Program-made: the position numbers and the translations under genes
The notes under the pieces: model-generated
Seen by the model: the letters and a program-made list of their open reading frames with translations, nothing else
Databases searched by the model: none
Told to the model about the DNA's origin: nothing
From: a virus
Lineage: Duplodnaviria > Caudoviricetes
Direction: 5' to 3' (one strand)
DNA length: 64,000 bases
IMG/VR virus record: IMGVR_UViG_3300049210_000020
Location: 2,834 to 66,833 of that record
Part shown: in pieces, positions 55,229-64,000 of the stretch
How positions within the stretch are numbered: position 1 is the first letter of the stretch
Layout: each line of letters starts with the position of its first letter

Positions 55229-55450
55229 CTAAAATGTCCACCCCTCAGTCGGAGGACGGGATTGCCGATACATCTCAAATGCAATCACTCGCAGGTGATC
55301 GATAGTTAGCTCGTTCTTGTGAATCTGGCTACCATGCTTATTTTGAAACCTGACTTTGCCGTCTGAGATTTCAAGAAAGGGTTTCTGACAGCGGTTGCAA
55401 ATCAATACCGAGCCTGACTCACGGTGCTCAATGATTAACCGATGGGCCAT
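55229..55450 (-). CDS. Small zinc-binding protein
   Basis: CNRC...H; coupled. Confidence 0.55.
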   Translation of the reverse strand: MAHRLIIEHRESGSVLICNRCQKPFLEISDGKVRFQNKHGSQIHKNELTIDHLRVIAFEMYRQSRPPTEGWTF

Positions 55451-55711
55451 TAGAAACTTTGCTCATTAAACCTCTCGGTTTCGATCTTGATTCGCTTGGG
55501 CATTGAGCCTGTCGCTATCGCTGTCAGATGCGCGGCTAACCTTTCACTCTCACGCTCCTGCTCAAATCCGTCCCAGATGATTCCGCACTCAATGTTGAAC
55601 GCCTGTGCTATCGACTCATCCTCAATCCCCAGTTCCTCTGCCGGGCTTCTAAGACACAGCCGCGCTGTCGTTATCAACGTCAATACTTGATCCCGATCCT
55701 TCAGGAAAGTT
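55450..55711 (-). CDS. Tail assembly chaperone T segment (reached by frameshift)
   Basis: LKDRDQVLTLITTARLCLRSPAEELGIEDESIAQAFNIEC; in +1 frame relative to G. Confidence 0.65.
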
Positions 55712-56116
55712 ACTGACCGCTTCCACGGTCGTCTCCCCTTCCTTGAGCCTGACAGGTATAGTTGGCGAGCCTTGCGCAAACCACATGAAAATCTGCCAGA
55801 AGTCTCGCACCGGAAGATCGTCAGGGTGGTACTGGCCTTCCTTCGGGTTGAGCGAGACTACAGGGCTGACAATCACGTCTGAGATCACCACGCGGGCAAA
55901 CTCGGTCAACTCTTCTAGCTCAAGATCTGACAGTTTCTGAATTGCGTCAAGCTGTGCGTCCGCTGTCACCTTTTCTTTTGCGCCTACCTTGTTGAGCACG
56001 CGGACAAATCTCCCGGCCTTGAGCGAGAGACTAGGCCCCGGACGGCGCAGGACAACCTGATTGCCGGAATCGCAGGTGAAGGTTGTTACTTGTCGCTTAG
56101 ACCATTGATTGTTCAT
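55649..56116 (-). CDS. Tail assembly chaperone G
   Basis: Between tail tube and tape measure; ends VEAVSNFPEG... Confidence 0.8.
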   Translation of the reverse strand: MNNQWSKRQVTTFTCDSGNQVVLRRPGPSLSLKAGRFVRVLNKVGAKEKVTADAQLDAIQKLSDLELEELTEFARVVISDVIVSPVVSLNPKEGQYHPDDLPVRDFWQIFMWFAQGSPTIPVRLKEGETTVEAVSNFPEGSGSSIDVDNDSAAVS

Positions 56117-56742
56117 TACGACTGTGCTCCCGCGTTCTGAGTAAAGAAGCGCCCGACACGGTCAGCGGCCGCGCGAGTCGATACCGCCAACCCGCGAAAC
56201 GCTACCGGAGACTTGCTGATTTCCTTGCTCGTGATATTGCCTGCGAGTCCGGCGTCATTAAATGCCTTATAGAGATGCACTACGCCAAACCGCGTCGGGT
56301 CATCCTCAAACGGCCAGATGAGTGCCACGGAGGTATACTGCGGATCTGCGTTGCCGATCGTCACGCCTGTAGAGCCCATCACGTCGCTGCGGGTGAGCGT
56401 TGGATTCAGCACCTCCGCTAGATCCATATCCATCACTTGCAGCAACGAGCCGGAGATCACCGCTTCCTGCGCCGTCACACGCGAGATAATCGGATCAGGT
56501 GACTCGTCGGCAAAGAACTGAGTGAAGGTTGGCTTAACAAGGAATTGCCAGCCCGCGTCAGTCCAGCCAACGTGACGGGCGTTGGGATTCTGCGATGAAT
56601 CAGGTGAGCCATCCGCATCGAGGATTAATCTTACGTCCGCCGCGCCATCCCATGCGTCAGTGCCGCCACCAAGATCGATATAGAACTTCCCCGGCCCGAT
56701 CCCTACGTCAACTGTGCTGAAGTTGTCTGCCGTGCCCGCCAT
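56116..56742 (-). CDS. Major tail (tube) protein
   Basis: VGIGPGKFY...VGWTDAG...FADES...AVISGSLLQ; AAAGGAGA RBS; position. Confidence 0.8.
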   Translation of the reverse strand: MAGTADNFSTVDVGIGPGKFYIDLGGGTDAWDGAADVRLILDADGSPDSSQNPNARHVGWTDAGWQFLVKPTFTQFFADESPDPIISRVTAQEAVISGSLLQVMDMDLAEVLNPTLTRSDVMGSTGVTIGNADPQYTSVALIWPFEDDPTRFGVVHLYKAFNDAGLAGNITSKEISKSPVAFRGLAVSTRAAADRVGRFFTQNAGAQS

Positions 56743-56755
56743 TGGAGGATCTCCT

Positions 56756-56807
56756 TTGCAAAAAGAAAGCCCGCCACTTCCTCGGTTAAGAGAAAGGGCG
56801 GGCAGGT
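56756..56807 (-). terminator. Terminator-like hairpin upstream of tail tube gene
   Basis: GCCCGCC-CTTTCTC-TTAACC-GAGGAAG-T-GGCGGGC followed by TTTCTTTT. Confidence 0.65.
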
Positions 56808-56859
56808 AAACGTCGAAGCGTTTCTTAGACCGCTAGATAGTTGTCAAGTTCGTTAAGCC

Positions 56860-57108
56860 CTACCACTCAGGATCATTTTCACTGGCGTAAGACTCAGCCT
56901 CTACTTTGGAGCTAAATCTAGTAAGCCAAGGAAGAATGGTGCCAATTATAGGCTGAGTATCACTCTGATTCTCACGCCACTCCGATCCCGTCCAGTAGTG
57001 CGCGCCCGGAAAGAAACCCTCTTCCGCGTCCCATGCGTGCAGGGTTGCATACCATCCCGATTCTACGGGTAACTTATCATCAACATTAACGGGTATTTTC
57101 TCAGGCAT
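56860..57108 (-). CDS. Hypothetical protein
   Basis: MPEKIPVN...LPVESGWY; likely start 57108. Confidence 0.55.
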   Translation of the reverse strand: MPEKIPVNVDDKLPVESGWYATLHAWDAEEGFFPGAHYWTGSEWRENQSDTQPIIGTILPWLTRFSSKVEAESYASENDPEW

Positions 57109-57112
57109 TAGA

Positions 57113-57634
57113 CTACTGCTCATTGAATACAAGGGTAGCCTGCATCAATGCGTCTCGATAATAAACTGACTCGCGCTCGCGGATTGATCCGTAAACGTGT
57201 TCTAACTCCAAAACAATGCCAAAGATTATAGCACTCATGTTCCGTTTCCAATCGGCTTTTTTTGCACTGCGGAGCGTGGCGTCCAGCGCGGCCATGTAGC
57301 GCATCAGTTTTCGTGTCACGTTTGGGGCTGAATCCGCCGTCACGCCAATGTAGATATCGAATCTGACTGCTTGGTGGAGACGATCTGCGGCATCTGACGG
57401 TGTCGCCGCGTTGCGATTCGGCCCGATGGCGAGAGTGGGAAAGACAAGCTTCTGAATCTGGCCTAGCGCCCGCTCCTGAAAGTCTTCCATGTACTGCGGA
57501 TCGTCAGGAGAGAGTGCGGCTTCTATCGGGTTGAACTCATCCAGGATTGCTTTGAAATCACGCTCAATAATAAAAAGGGTGTTGTCGATTACGCCCTCTT
57601 CCTGAACTGCATAGTATTTGAGGTCCGCTACCAT
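57113..57634 (-). CDS. Tail terminator-like protein
   Basis: FPTLAIG...VRFDIYIGV; position before tail tube. Confidence 0.6.
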   Translation of the reverse strand: MVADLKYYAVQEEGVIDNTLFIIERDFKAILDEFNPIEAALSPDDPQYMEDFQERALGQIQKLVFPTLAIGPNRNAATPSDAADRLHQAVRFDIYIGVTADSAPNVTRKLMRYMAALDATLRSAKKADWKRNMSAIIFGIVLELEHVYGSIRERESVYYRDALMQATLVFNEQ

Positions 57635-58117
57635 CTATGCTGCTCTCTCGTCAACCTGAAATCCCGTACTGCGTGTGAACTCGACTAACCGTTGCTGAAT
57701 GCTTTTCATAAACCTACGCTTCTGCTCCTCGGTGAGCGAGATAATCGGTCGTGACTTTTGATGAAAGAGCGCGTAAGGTAAAGCCGAGCCGATCAACAAT
57801 TCCTCTTTCTCCGGCCTGAGAACCGAGTCCAGCGCATCTGGCCCGGTCATTGACTCGTACAACGCATCCTCTCGCCTGAGAATCGTCTTGCCAGGGAACT
57901 CGCGCTCCTTGAATAGCTTGTAAGCCGGACTCAGCGGTGTCCACTTGCCTGAAGCTCCGCTTGCGCCTTCCGTTAAAAATTGCTCCGTCTCAATTTCATA
58001 GAACGTTGTGATCACTCCCGGCCAGAAGTTGCGGAAGTCGGTGATCTCCTGCTCGACGCGGTTGAAGGCGCGGTCGATGACGACTTCGCCCTGGATCTGC
58101 GCGGTGAACCGTAGCAT
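57635..58117 (-). CDS. Virion morphogenesis protein (Mu gpG-like)
   Basis: QFLTEG...WTPLSPAY...ILRREDALYESM...IGSALPYALFHQ...RPII. Confidence 0.8.
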   Translation of the reverse strand: MLRFTAQIQGEVVIDRAFNRVEQEITDFRNFWPGVITTFYEIETEQFLTEGASGASGKWTPLSPAYKLFKEREFPGKTILRREDALYESMTGPDALDSVLRPEKEELLIGSALPYALFHQKSRPIISLTEEQKRRFMKSIQQRLVEFTRSTGFQVDERAA

Positions 58118-58989
58118 TAGACGAACGCTGGCCCCGCTACCTTACCCCGCCATTTGCGAGCAATGGCCTTTACACGGGGCGGAATCGACTCTCTTAAAGG
58201 TTGCCCTTCCAGTCCGACTAACTTGACCGCGGCGGGGTCAGTTTCTCGCCAAAGATTCAACACCCACTCAATCACTGCGGCTTTAACATCTTGCGGAGTT
58301 TCACGCCAGCCCCACACAGCGGATACCGTAACAGCCACTCCTGACCACCAGCCCGACCCAGAGAGGTTATAGAAGCGGTTAAATGATGGTAGCAGACCGC
58401 TTTCAGTAGTCAGCACGAGATAGCCGTTTTGTTCCACGTAGGTTGGGGTTGTGTAATCGGCTGGAACAGAGATTGACAATGTGCCGGGTAGGTACGGTGG
58501 CAACTGCAAGTAATTCCCGCCGTCTCCGTAGAACGTCTTAGCCGTAGCAACTGGAATCTCAACCGGATTGAAATAGCCTTCGGGCACACCGCATTCTAGA
58601 TCGAACATACGCGATGCCTGCTCAATTAGCGCATCCAGCTCAGCGGGGGTGAGCGAGTTAGTTGTAGCTGAGCCTCCCGCGCCTGCCCCTCCCTGCGCGC
58701 GACGTCTCACTTCGGTTGAGGAGCAGTACGCAACTGAGCGCTGAATACGGATATAGAAACTGCGCGTCTCAGTCTGCATTCCGGCGGTGATCGTATTGCT
58801 GAGTTCGTAAGTCTCACCCCAAGTACCACCCGAAAGGCGAATCAATGTCGTACTTGAGGTATTACTATCTGCGTCTTTAGTGATACCTAACGGCACACTC
58901 CACGCTGAGGTCGAGATAATCAGATCACCAAGCCAATCAGACCAATTAATTGAGTAGTCTAAAATCTCAGCTGGTTCTTTAGTGAACAT
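58117..58989 (-). CDS. Fibre-adaptor-like domain fused to head-tail connector
   Basis: N-terminal KEPAEILDYSINWSDWL...IRLSGG; C-terminal YCSSTEVR...LIEQASRMFD...WGWRETPQDVKAAV. Confidence 0.75.
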   Translation of the reverse strand: MFTKEPAEILDYSINWSDWLGDLIISTSAWSVPLGITKDADSNTSSTTLIRLSGGTWGETYELSNTITAGMQTETRSFYIRIQRSVAYCSSTEVRRRAQGGAGAGGSATTNSLTPAELDALIEQASRMFDLECGVPEGYFNPVEIPVATAKTFYGDGGNYLQLPPYLPGTLSISVPADYTTPTYVEQNGYLVLTTESGLLPSFNRFYNLSGSGWWSGVAVTVSAVWGWRETPQDVKAAVIEWVLNLWRETDPAAVKLVGLEGQPLRESIPPRVKAIARKWRGKVAGPAFV

Positions 58990-60603
58990 CTAGATTATTC
59001 CCGTTTGAGCCTCCGGCTCGGTAGTCTGCGTTCTGGCTTCCGTGCCTACACTTAACGATCTCGACGTGGAACCAATAACAACCGACTGACGCGGTGCAAA
59101 GTGAACGATATGAACTGAAATCCCTGAAACGAGTATAACACTTGAAACGTTAATTGAAACAGACCCTTCATGTTCAACCAGTCCAATTAGACCATCAGAC
59201 TGAATGCCAACCAGCCCCGTGATAAGTCCTGATGATTGGAGTACTGAGAAAAAGCTTCCTGAGACGGTGATATCACCAATCGTATCCAGTAGACCGCTTC
59301 TAAGGACCACGCGCTGTCCTGCCGACTGAATCTCACTACTGGCGCTAAAATCACTGACTGACTGAAATGCTGAAAGGGATTCAGCCGAAACTAAGACTAA
59401 ACCCGCTCCGTCAACTTCAGCCGCACGCTCAAGCACGGCGAGCCCGTTAACCTGCACTTCTCCGTTAGTAGTGAGGGACGCTGAGCGTTCATGTGCTCCG
59501 GTAGGTGCTTCAATCTCTCCGCTACTCTCAATAGCGGCATCGACGTTAACGGTTCCCGCTCCCTGAAATATCGAGAAGAAAGTTGCCGCTGTCTGAATCT
59601 CAACCCCAGCATCCAGCAACGCTGATCCCGCAAGGGCTGAAAAGAACTCGCCCGAGACCGTGACCGACGCGGTTGCGTCTACCACTGAACTTCCGAAAAC
59701 TACAGAGAGCAATTCCCCAGTCGCGCTAATGTCCGCGCTTGCGTTTACCAGTGTGGAGCCCGACAGAACGGAGAAGAAAACACTTGAAGAGTTAATGCTG
59801 GATGCTGCGTCGATCGCACTTGAACGTAGTAAGCTTCTCTGTCCCGCCGCGGCTATTACCGCCGCAACGTCAATAAGAGATATCCGGCTGAGCACAGAAA
59901 AGAAAGTTGCGGCTGATGCCACTGCGCCCACACCGTCAACTAATGCAGATCCGGTGAGGAGCGCGCTCCCGTCAATCTCTAAAGCATGCGAGCAAAAGAC
60001 CGTGCTCGAAGCTGCTCCAAAGGTTATTGTGGTTCCGGTAAATCCACTATTGCGGGTAGCGACTTCTAACGCAACTGTATCATTCGACTGGCTTGTATCC
60101 TGCCGTTCGGTCCAGCCGGTCGGCTCCGTGGTGGTCGTATCCGCGCTGCCATGCGCGACGATGGTAAGGTTTCCGGTCAATGCGTTTTGGTTGAGGACCG
60201 GCGCAGCGGTTCCCGCCGCCTGATTATTCTGCGATCCCTTGCTGCGAACCGCGTCCGCGCCCACGCGAGACATACCACTAATCGCAACCGACACAACGCA
60301 GCCGGACGTATTTGAGCCCGTTGCCACGGTAATCACGGTTGAGGTCGTATTCGCCATCAACGCCGTGCGGATGAAAACCGAGAGGCGGTAATTGATAGAC
60401 GCAATGGAGGCATTCATCACGTCAATGCGGTCGTAGGTTCCAGAACCGTTGCTATCTGAGCAGGTAGGCGTGTCGTTGGTATTAGCCGCAACAAAACAGT
60501 AAACGATTAGCAGATCCCCGACAGCCGGAGTAATTGTCGCAGTACGATTTCCCGTCCCGGAAGAAGCGCCGCCTGCTACTGATGTGCGATAGGTTGCCGC
60601 CAT
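58990..60603 (-). CDS. Ser/Ala-rich repeat fibre protein
   Basis: ~19-aa repeats (S..DA.A.I...G.FFS.L); C-terminal RSLSVGTEART. Confidence 0.7.
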   Translation of the reverse strand: MAATYRTSVAGGASSGTGNRTATITPAVGDLLIVYCFVAANTNDTPTCSDSNGSGTYDRIDVMNASIASINYRLSVFIRTALMANTTSTVITVATGSNTSGCVVSVAISGMSRVGADAVRSKGSQNNQAAGTAAPVLNQNALTGNLTIVAHGSADTTTTEPTGWTERQDTSQSNDTVALEVATRNSGFTGTTITFGAASSTVFCSHALEIDGSALLTGSALVDGVGAVASAATFFSVLSRISLIDVAAVIAAAGQRSLLRSSAIDAASSINSSSVFFSVLSGSTLVNASADISATGELLSVVFGSSVVDATASVTVSGEFFSALAGSALLDAGVEIQTAATFFSIFQGAGTVNVDAAIESSGEIEAPTGAHERSASLTTNGEVQVNGLAVLERAAEVDGAGLVLVSAESLSAFQSVSDFSASSEIQSAGQRVVLRSGLLDTIGDITVSGSFFSVLQSSGLITGLVGIQSDGLIGLVEHEGSVSINVSSVILVSGISVHIVHFAPRQSVVIGSTSRSLSVGTEARTQTTEPEAQTGII

Positions 60604-62753
60604 TAGAGAGTTCTATACTCCGTCCCGATTGATTGACTACGAACTTCTTTCGCCACCTTCGCCAACCGCGTAGGGTAAAACTCCACTGAGGGAATCACGC
60701 CTGAGATTGCGATTAATCCTAACGCCTCTAAACTTACTGATCGGAATAGAGAGCGTTGCCCTATGACTGCTATCCCACCTTGCGCTTCCCATAAGACAGC
60801 TCGCTCAATAATTGAATGAGCAATTCCGGCTGACTCGACGCTAGCCGCAACGGTCAGAGACGTGGAGCGCTCATGGCTTGCACTTCCCGAGTCCACCTCT
60901 CCAACGCTAACGATCTCTCCCAAGACATCCAGCAAGGCGGAAGACTGAAGCTCGGAAAAGAATAGCGCCGCTGTTTCTATCCCCACCGTAACTAACACTG
61001 TTACAGATGCGTTTAGTTCACTGAAAAACTGAGCAGAAGACTCCAGCGCCCCAAGTAGATCTATTGTTGTGCTGCGTTCAAAAACAGAGAAGAAGAGTGT
61101 CGTGCTGGAAATCTCCCCTGCCGCATCAAAAGATAACGAGGAACTGAGAATTGAAAAGAATTGACCGCTGGATTCGACAGTCGCGGTGGCGTCAATCGAG
61201 GCCGAGTTACTTAATACAGAAAACCCCGTTGCCGAAGATTCAACAACGGAGGTGCAGTCAACGGACGCGGAACGCTCGAAGGTTTCACTCGGGGATGACG
61301 CGATGCCGGAACTCGTAATGTCGCCAGTGGCTTCGATCACCGCACTTCGGAACACCTGTCGTACGCCGGAGACTGTTATTGAGGCACTACCGTCAGCCGT
61401 TCCAGAGCGGCTGAATACTGAAAAGAAGGTGCCAGAAACCGCGATTGCCGCGGCGACATCTACTGCGGTTGAGCGGGAGTGTTCAATGACGCTGGCAGCG
61501 CCGATAATCTCAACTAAGCCGACGGCAGTAGGGCTTCCAGCGGATAACGTGAACGATGCAGATACCGTAGATCCTGACGCATTAAAGACCTGATCTCCAG
61601 TCGAGATTCCTAGTCCATCGGTGCGCTCGTTCCACCCGCTCGGGGAGGTAAAAGTCGGGATGCCATCCGCAATACAGGTTGATTGGACTATGCATTTTGT
61701 CGCCGTGCGAGTAAGCGCATCCCATGTGCTCGTAGTTGATGAAGCATTTAGACGGACATTGACAGCACCTATTGGGCTGGTTTGTTTGCAGTTGTAGAAA
61801 GTACAGATTTGGGCAGAGATCTCCGCTGAGCCAGTCCTGTTCGCTTGTCGATTCAGCGTTCCTGAGGCATAAGCCCAAAACTTGCTGACGGTGGATCCGC
61901 CCCCGCTCGTAGTCGTCTCCCAGGTAGCGATCTCCGTCCATGCTCCATCGGTCATCGAAAGTGTGGTCGAGCCTGCCCCTTCAACCGTGGCTATCAAGAC
62001 GTCTTTGTTTCCTAAGACGTCGGTATCAGTCGTTCCTGATGGAAGCGCGGGAGTCACACTGGTCGCAGTCGCAGTCGCCTGGGCGGCGGAGCGGTAGAAG
62101 GGGTAATTGTCCGAAGGAATACAGAAGAGGCCCGCCACCCAACGCACTCCTGAAGTGGGCGAAGCGTCCTGACTGGCGAGGGCCGTGTTTTGATCGGCTA
62201 CCGTCTTGTTGGAGCCATTTCCGACCAACGTACCAGAGATCACAATCTCTTCGTCCTGGGTATAGCCTGATGGGTCAGGGGCATTTGTCGCCGCCTTCGA
62301 GAAGTAGATATGCAGCGCCAGCATTTCCGGGCTGCTGGTAGTGGTTGACGGTGGTCTGACGGGGTTTGCCGTGCCAGTGGTGAGACCGCGCGCCGCCCAT
62401 GCGAGCAGCGTCATTACACCTTCTTCGCTGGCCCCATCAAGCGCATAAGCAATTGCCATTCGGCTGACGGTGGCGCCAAGCGTAAAGGCTGGATTAGTTA
62501 ACGGGAGCGAGTCGCCTGAGAGGATGCGACGATAGAAGTAGGTGCCCAGTAGACCGTTGGCGGCGGTGCCGACCTGAATCTGCTGGATGCGATTCCAACC
62601 AGCGGGATTCCCGGTCCAGAGCGTATTTCCTGTATTCCCAACAGCAATGAGAATGATGTCGCCGGCAGCGTGAGTGGGCAGGGTAACGGTAATCGTCGAG
62701 CCCGTGCCGCCGGGGTTCGTTGCTGTGGAGTCGCGAATGGTTGCATTAGCCAC
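60603..62753 (-). CDS. Ser/Ala-rich repeat fibre protein (paralog)
   Basis: Two N-terminal beta modules (TLPTHAAGDIILI...; ALPSGTT..DVLI), same repeats, C-terminal RSQSIGTEYRT. Confidence 0.7.
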   Translation of the reverse strand: MANATIRDSTATNPGGTGSTITVTLPTHAAGDIILIAVGNTGNTLWTGNPAGWNRIQQIQVGTAANGLLGTYFYRRILSGDSLPLTNPAFTLGATVSRMAIAYALDGASEEGVMTLLAWAARGLTTGTANPVRPPSTTTSSPEMLALHIYFSKAATNAPDPSGYTQDEEIVISGTLVGNGSNKTVADQNTALASQDASPTSGVRWVAGLFCIPSDNYPFYRSAAQATATATSVTPALPSGTTDTDVLGNKDVLIATVEGAGSTTLSMTDGAWTEIATWETTTSGGGSTVSKFWAYASGTLNRQANRTGSAEISAQICTFYNCKQTSPIGAVNVRLNASSTTSTWDALTRTATKCIVQSTCIADGIPTFTSPSGWNERTDGLGISTGDQVFNASGSTVSASFTLSAGSPTAVGLVEIIGAASVIEHSRSTAVDVAAAIAVSGTFFSVFSRSGTADGSASITVSGVRQVFRSAVIEATGDITSSGIASSPSETFERSASVDCTSVVESSATGFSVLSNSASIDATATVESSGQFFSILSSSLSFDAAGEISSTTLFFSVFERSTTIDLLGALESSAQFFSELNASVTVLVTVGIETAALFFSELQSSALLDVLGEIVSVGEVDSGSASHERSTSLTVAASVESAGIAHSIIERAVLWEAQGGIAVIGQRSLFRSVSLEALGLIAISGVIPSVEFYPTRLAKVAKEVRSQSIGTEYRTL

Positions 62754-62759
62754 ATTCAG

Positions 62760-63146
62760 TTATTGGGTGTAGGGGCGGCCCACAATCGAGAAGTTCAGCC
62801 CTGAAACCCAGATAGCACTATCAACCAGAGCGGTGACTACGATGATGGGAGCAGCGCCGATAATGGACTGACCATTGCCGCCTACGGTCGTCTGCAACTG
62901 TGGGGTTATGCCTGGGCCGTCAGAAGTGTAAATCTTGTACTCCGCTCCATTGGGGCCACTAGGATTCTCCGATCCCTGACGAATCAGGATCTCATAGAAG
63001 TCCTCGGGACCGTTGAAGTTTACTGATCGCTCGTGAAGCACGTCTGCGGCGTAGTTTGGCCCAAGCGCGTAGATCACCTGCTCGTTAACGGCGTTAGCGC
63101 TGCCACCATAAGCCGTACTGCCATATGCGCCTGAGCCATAGGACAT
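62760..63146 (-). CDS. Hypothetical virion protein
   Basis: SYGSGAYGSTAYGG N-terminus. Confidence 0.6.
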   Translation of the reverse strand: MSYGSGAYGSTAYGGSANAVNEQVIYALGPNYAADVLHERSVNFNGPEDFYEILIRQGSENPSGPNGAEYKIYTSDGPGITPQLQTTVGGNGQSIIGAAPIIVVTALVDSAIWVSGLNFSIVGRPYTQ

Positions 63147-63155
63147 CGCATTCTC

Positions 63156-63815
63156 CTAAGTGATTGAACTGTAGATAGGAATGTACCCGATGATAGTTCC
63201 GCTGCCATCCTTGATGGCTAACTTCGCTGCCAACGTCCCAACTGCCACAGTTGCGCTGGTAGTTCTGTCGGTGGCAAAGTCCATCCCGAAAAGACTAAAG
63301 CGTTGATTCTGGTCAGAGATGCTCACAAAAGAACTGTTGCCGTTACCTATAACATCTCCAATATCAACCGCAATAGGATCTTCGATCGTGGTGTTCGCGC
63401 CTATTGAGATACCCCGAATCGCGGACTGACGAAGTTCAATTGTTTCATCAGAAGCACTTACTAGAATAGCCGTACCTGAGCCGAATACATCACCAAGCAT
63501 TTGCCGGATAGTCTCGGCAGTCAGTCCCGCAATGAGAGAGTACGTCTTGCCCGCAACGTTATGATCTTCCGCTGCCGTGCCTTCCTGTGCGCGGGTCATC
63601 GTGAGGGTATCAGTTGACTTGGCTGTGACGCGGATTATTTCCACGCCGGGATCGTCTGAGGGATCAGGGTAATCTGTCGCGTTCCACCAGACTGCGTTGA
63701 AAGGCGCAACTGGTAAACGATCACCGTGCCCTGCGATTACATCGATCTCGGTGGCTGATGCGTCGTAATTACCGTCTGAGACAACAGCCTTGGCAAAGTT
63801 TTTGATTGCGTCCAC
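63156..63815 (-). CDS. Structural fibre-like protein
   Basis: EIIRVTAKSTDTLTMTRAQEGTAA (common tail module); GGAG RBS before GTG. Confidence 0.7.
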   Translation of the reverse strand: MDAIKNFAKAVVSDGNYDASATEIDVIAGHGDRLPVAPFNAVWWNATDYPDPSDDPGVEIIRVTAKSTDTLTMTRAQEGTAAEDHNVAGKTYSLIAGLTAETIRQMLGDVFGSGTAILVSASDETIELRQSAIRGISIGANTTIEDPIAVDIGDVIGNGNSSFVSISDQNQRFSLFGMDFATDRTTSATVAVGTLAAKLAIKDGSGTIIGYIPIYSSIT

Positions 63816-63824
63816 GAGTGCTCC

Positions 63825-63998
63825 TTATGTGAAGGTAAGGTCCAAATCACCGATCGGAATCCGAAACGTATCGCCTGCCGTTACCGCGGCCGATGACGAA
63901 AGATCGTCTCGCCCGAGAAACGTCCCAGCACTTGAAGCGGTCCACAAGCTAATATGTGTATAGGTTTCCGTAGTGCTTACGTTGAGCCATTCAATAAC
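63825..63998 (-). CDS. Small tail-fibre-associated structural protein (partial; 5' end beyond right edge)
   Basis: Hand translation ...YTHISLWTASSAGTFLGRDDLSSSAAVTAGDTFRIPIGDLDLTFT*. Confidence 0.7.
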   Translation of the reverse strand, partial: VIEWLNVSTTETYTHISLWTASSAGTFLGRDDLSSSAAVTAGDTFRIPIGDLDLTFT

Positions 63999-64000
63999 GG

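Noticed and set aside
56819-56847. Promoter for the tail tube gene from TTGACA at 56847
   Set aside because: No acceptable -10 at 16-19 bp spacing.
58990-62753. Diversity-generating retroelement or invertible fibre system
   Set aside because: No reverse transcriptase, invertase or TR/VR-like nucleotide repeat seen; similarity is at the degenerate protein-repeat level.

Overview
The window is almost entirely one tailed-phage genome (siphovirus-type), probably a near-complete circularly permuted contig. The major capsid gene runs off the left edge and genes expected downstream of the capsid enter at the right edge. No host genes, integrase, DNA polymerase, primase domain or endolysin were recognised. 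Layout: (1) 1-15.7 kb, minus strand: TerS, TerL, portal, gpF/gp7-like head protein, prohead protease and capsid. A glycan-building cluster sits between gpF and the protease (GT25-like, two GT-A-like ORFs, FkbM-like methyltransferase, GDP-fucose synthase, GT11 alpha-1,2-fucosyltransferase). (2) 15.8-36 kb, mostly plus strand: early and replication genes (Pif1-like helicase, primase-less D5/SF3 helicase with an adjacent palindromic ori candidate, PD-(D/E)XK nuclease, Sak4-like ATPase, SSB-like protein, RusA, beta clamp). A DNA methyltransferase here is hit twice: by an intein carrying an HNH ORF in another reading frame, and by a second HNH that splits the gene. A Dam-like methylase and a ~440 nt highly structured intergenic region follow. 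(3) 36-39.1 kb, minus strand: membrane/lysis-like cassette. (4) 39.2-44.5 kb, plus strand: small early genes including Ea22-like and Lar-like. (5) 44.5-64 kb, minus strand: tail and neck genes. All functional calls come from motif recognition by eye, and no database searches were run. Several small genes carry apparent +1 insertions that may be sequencing errors.
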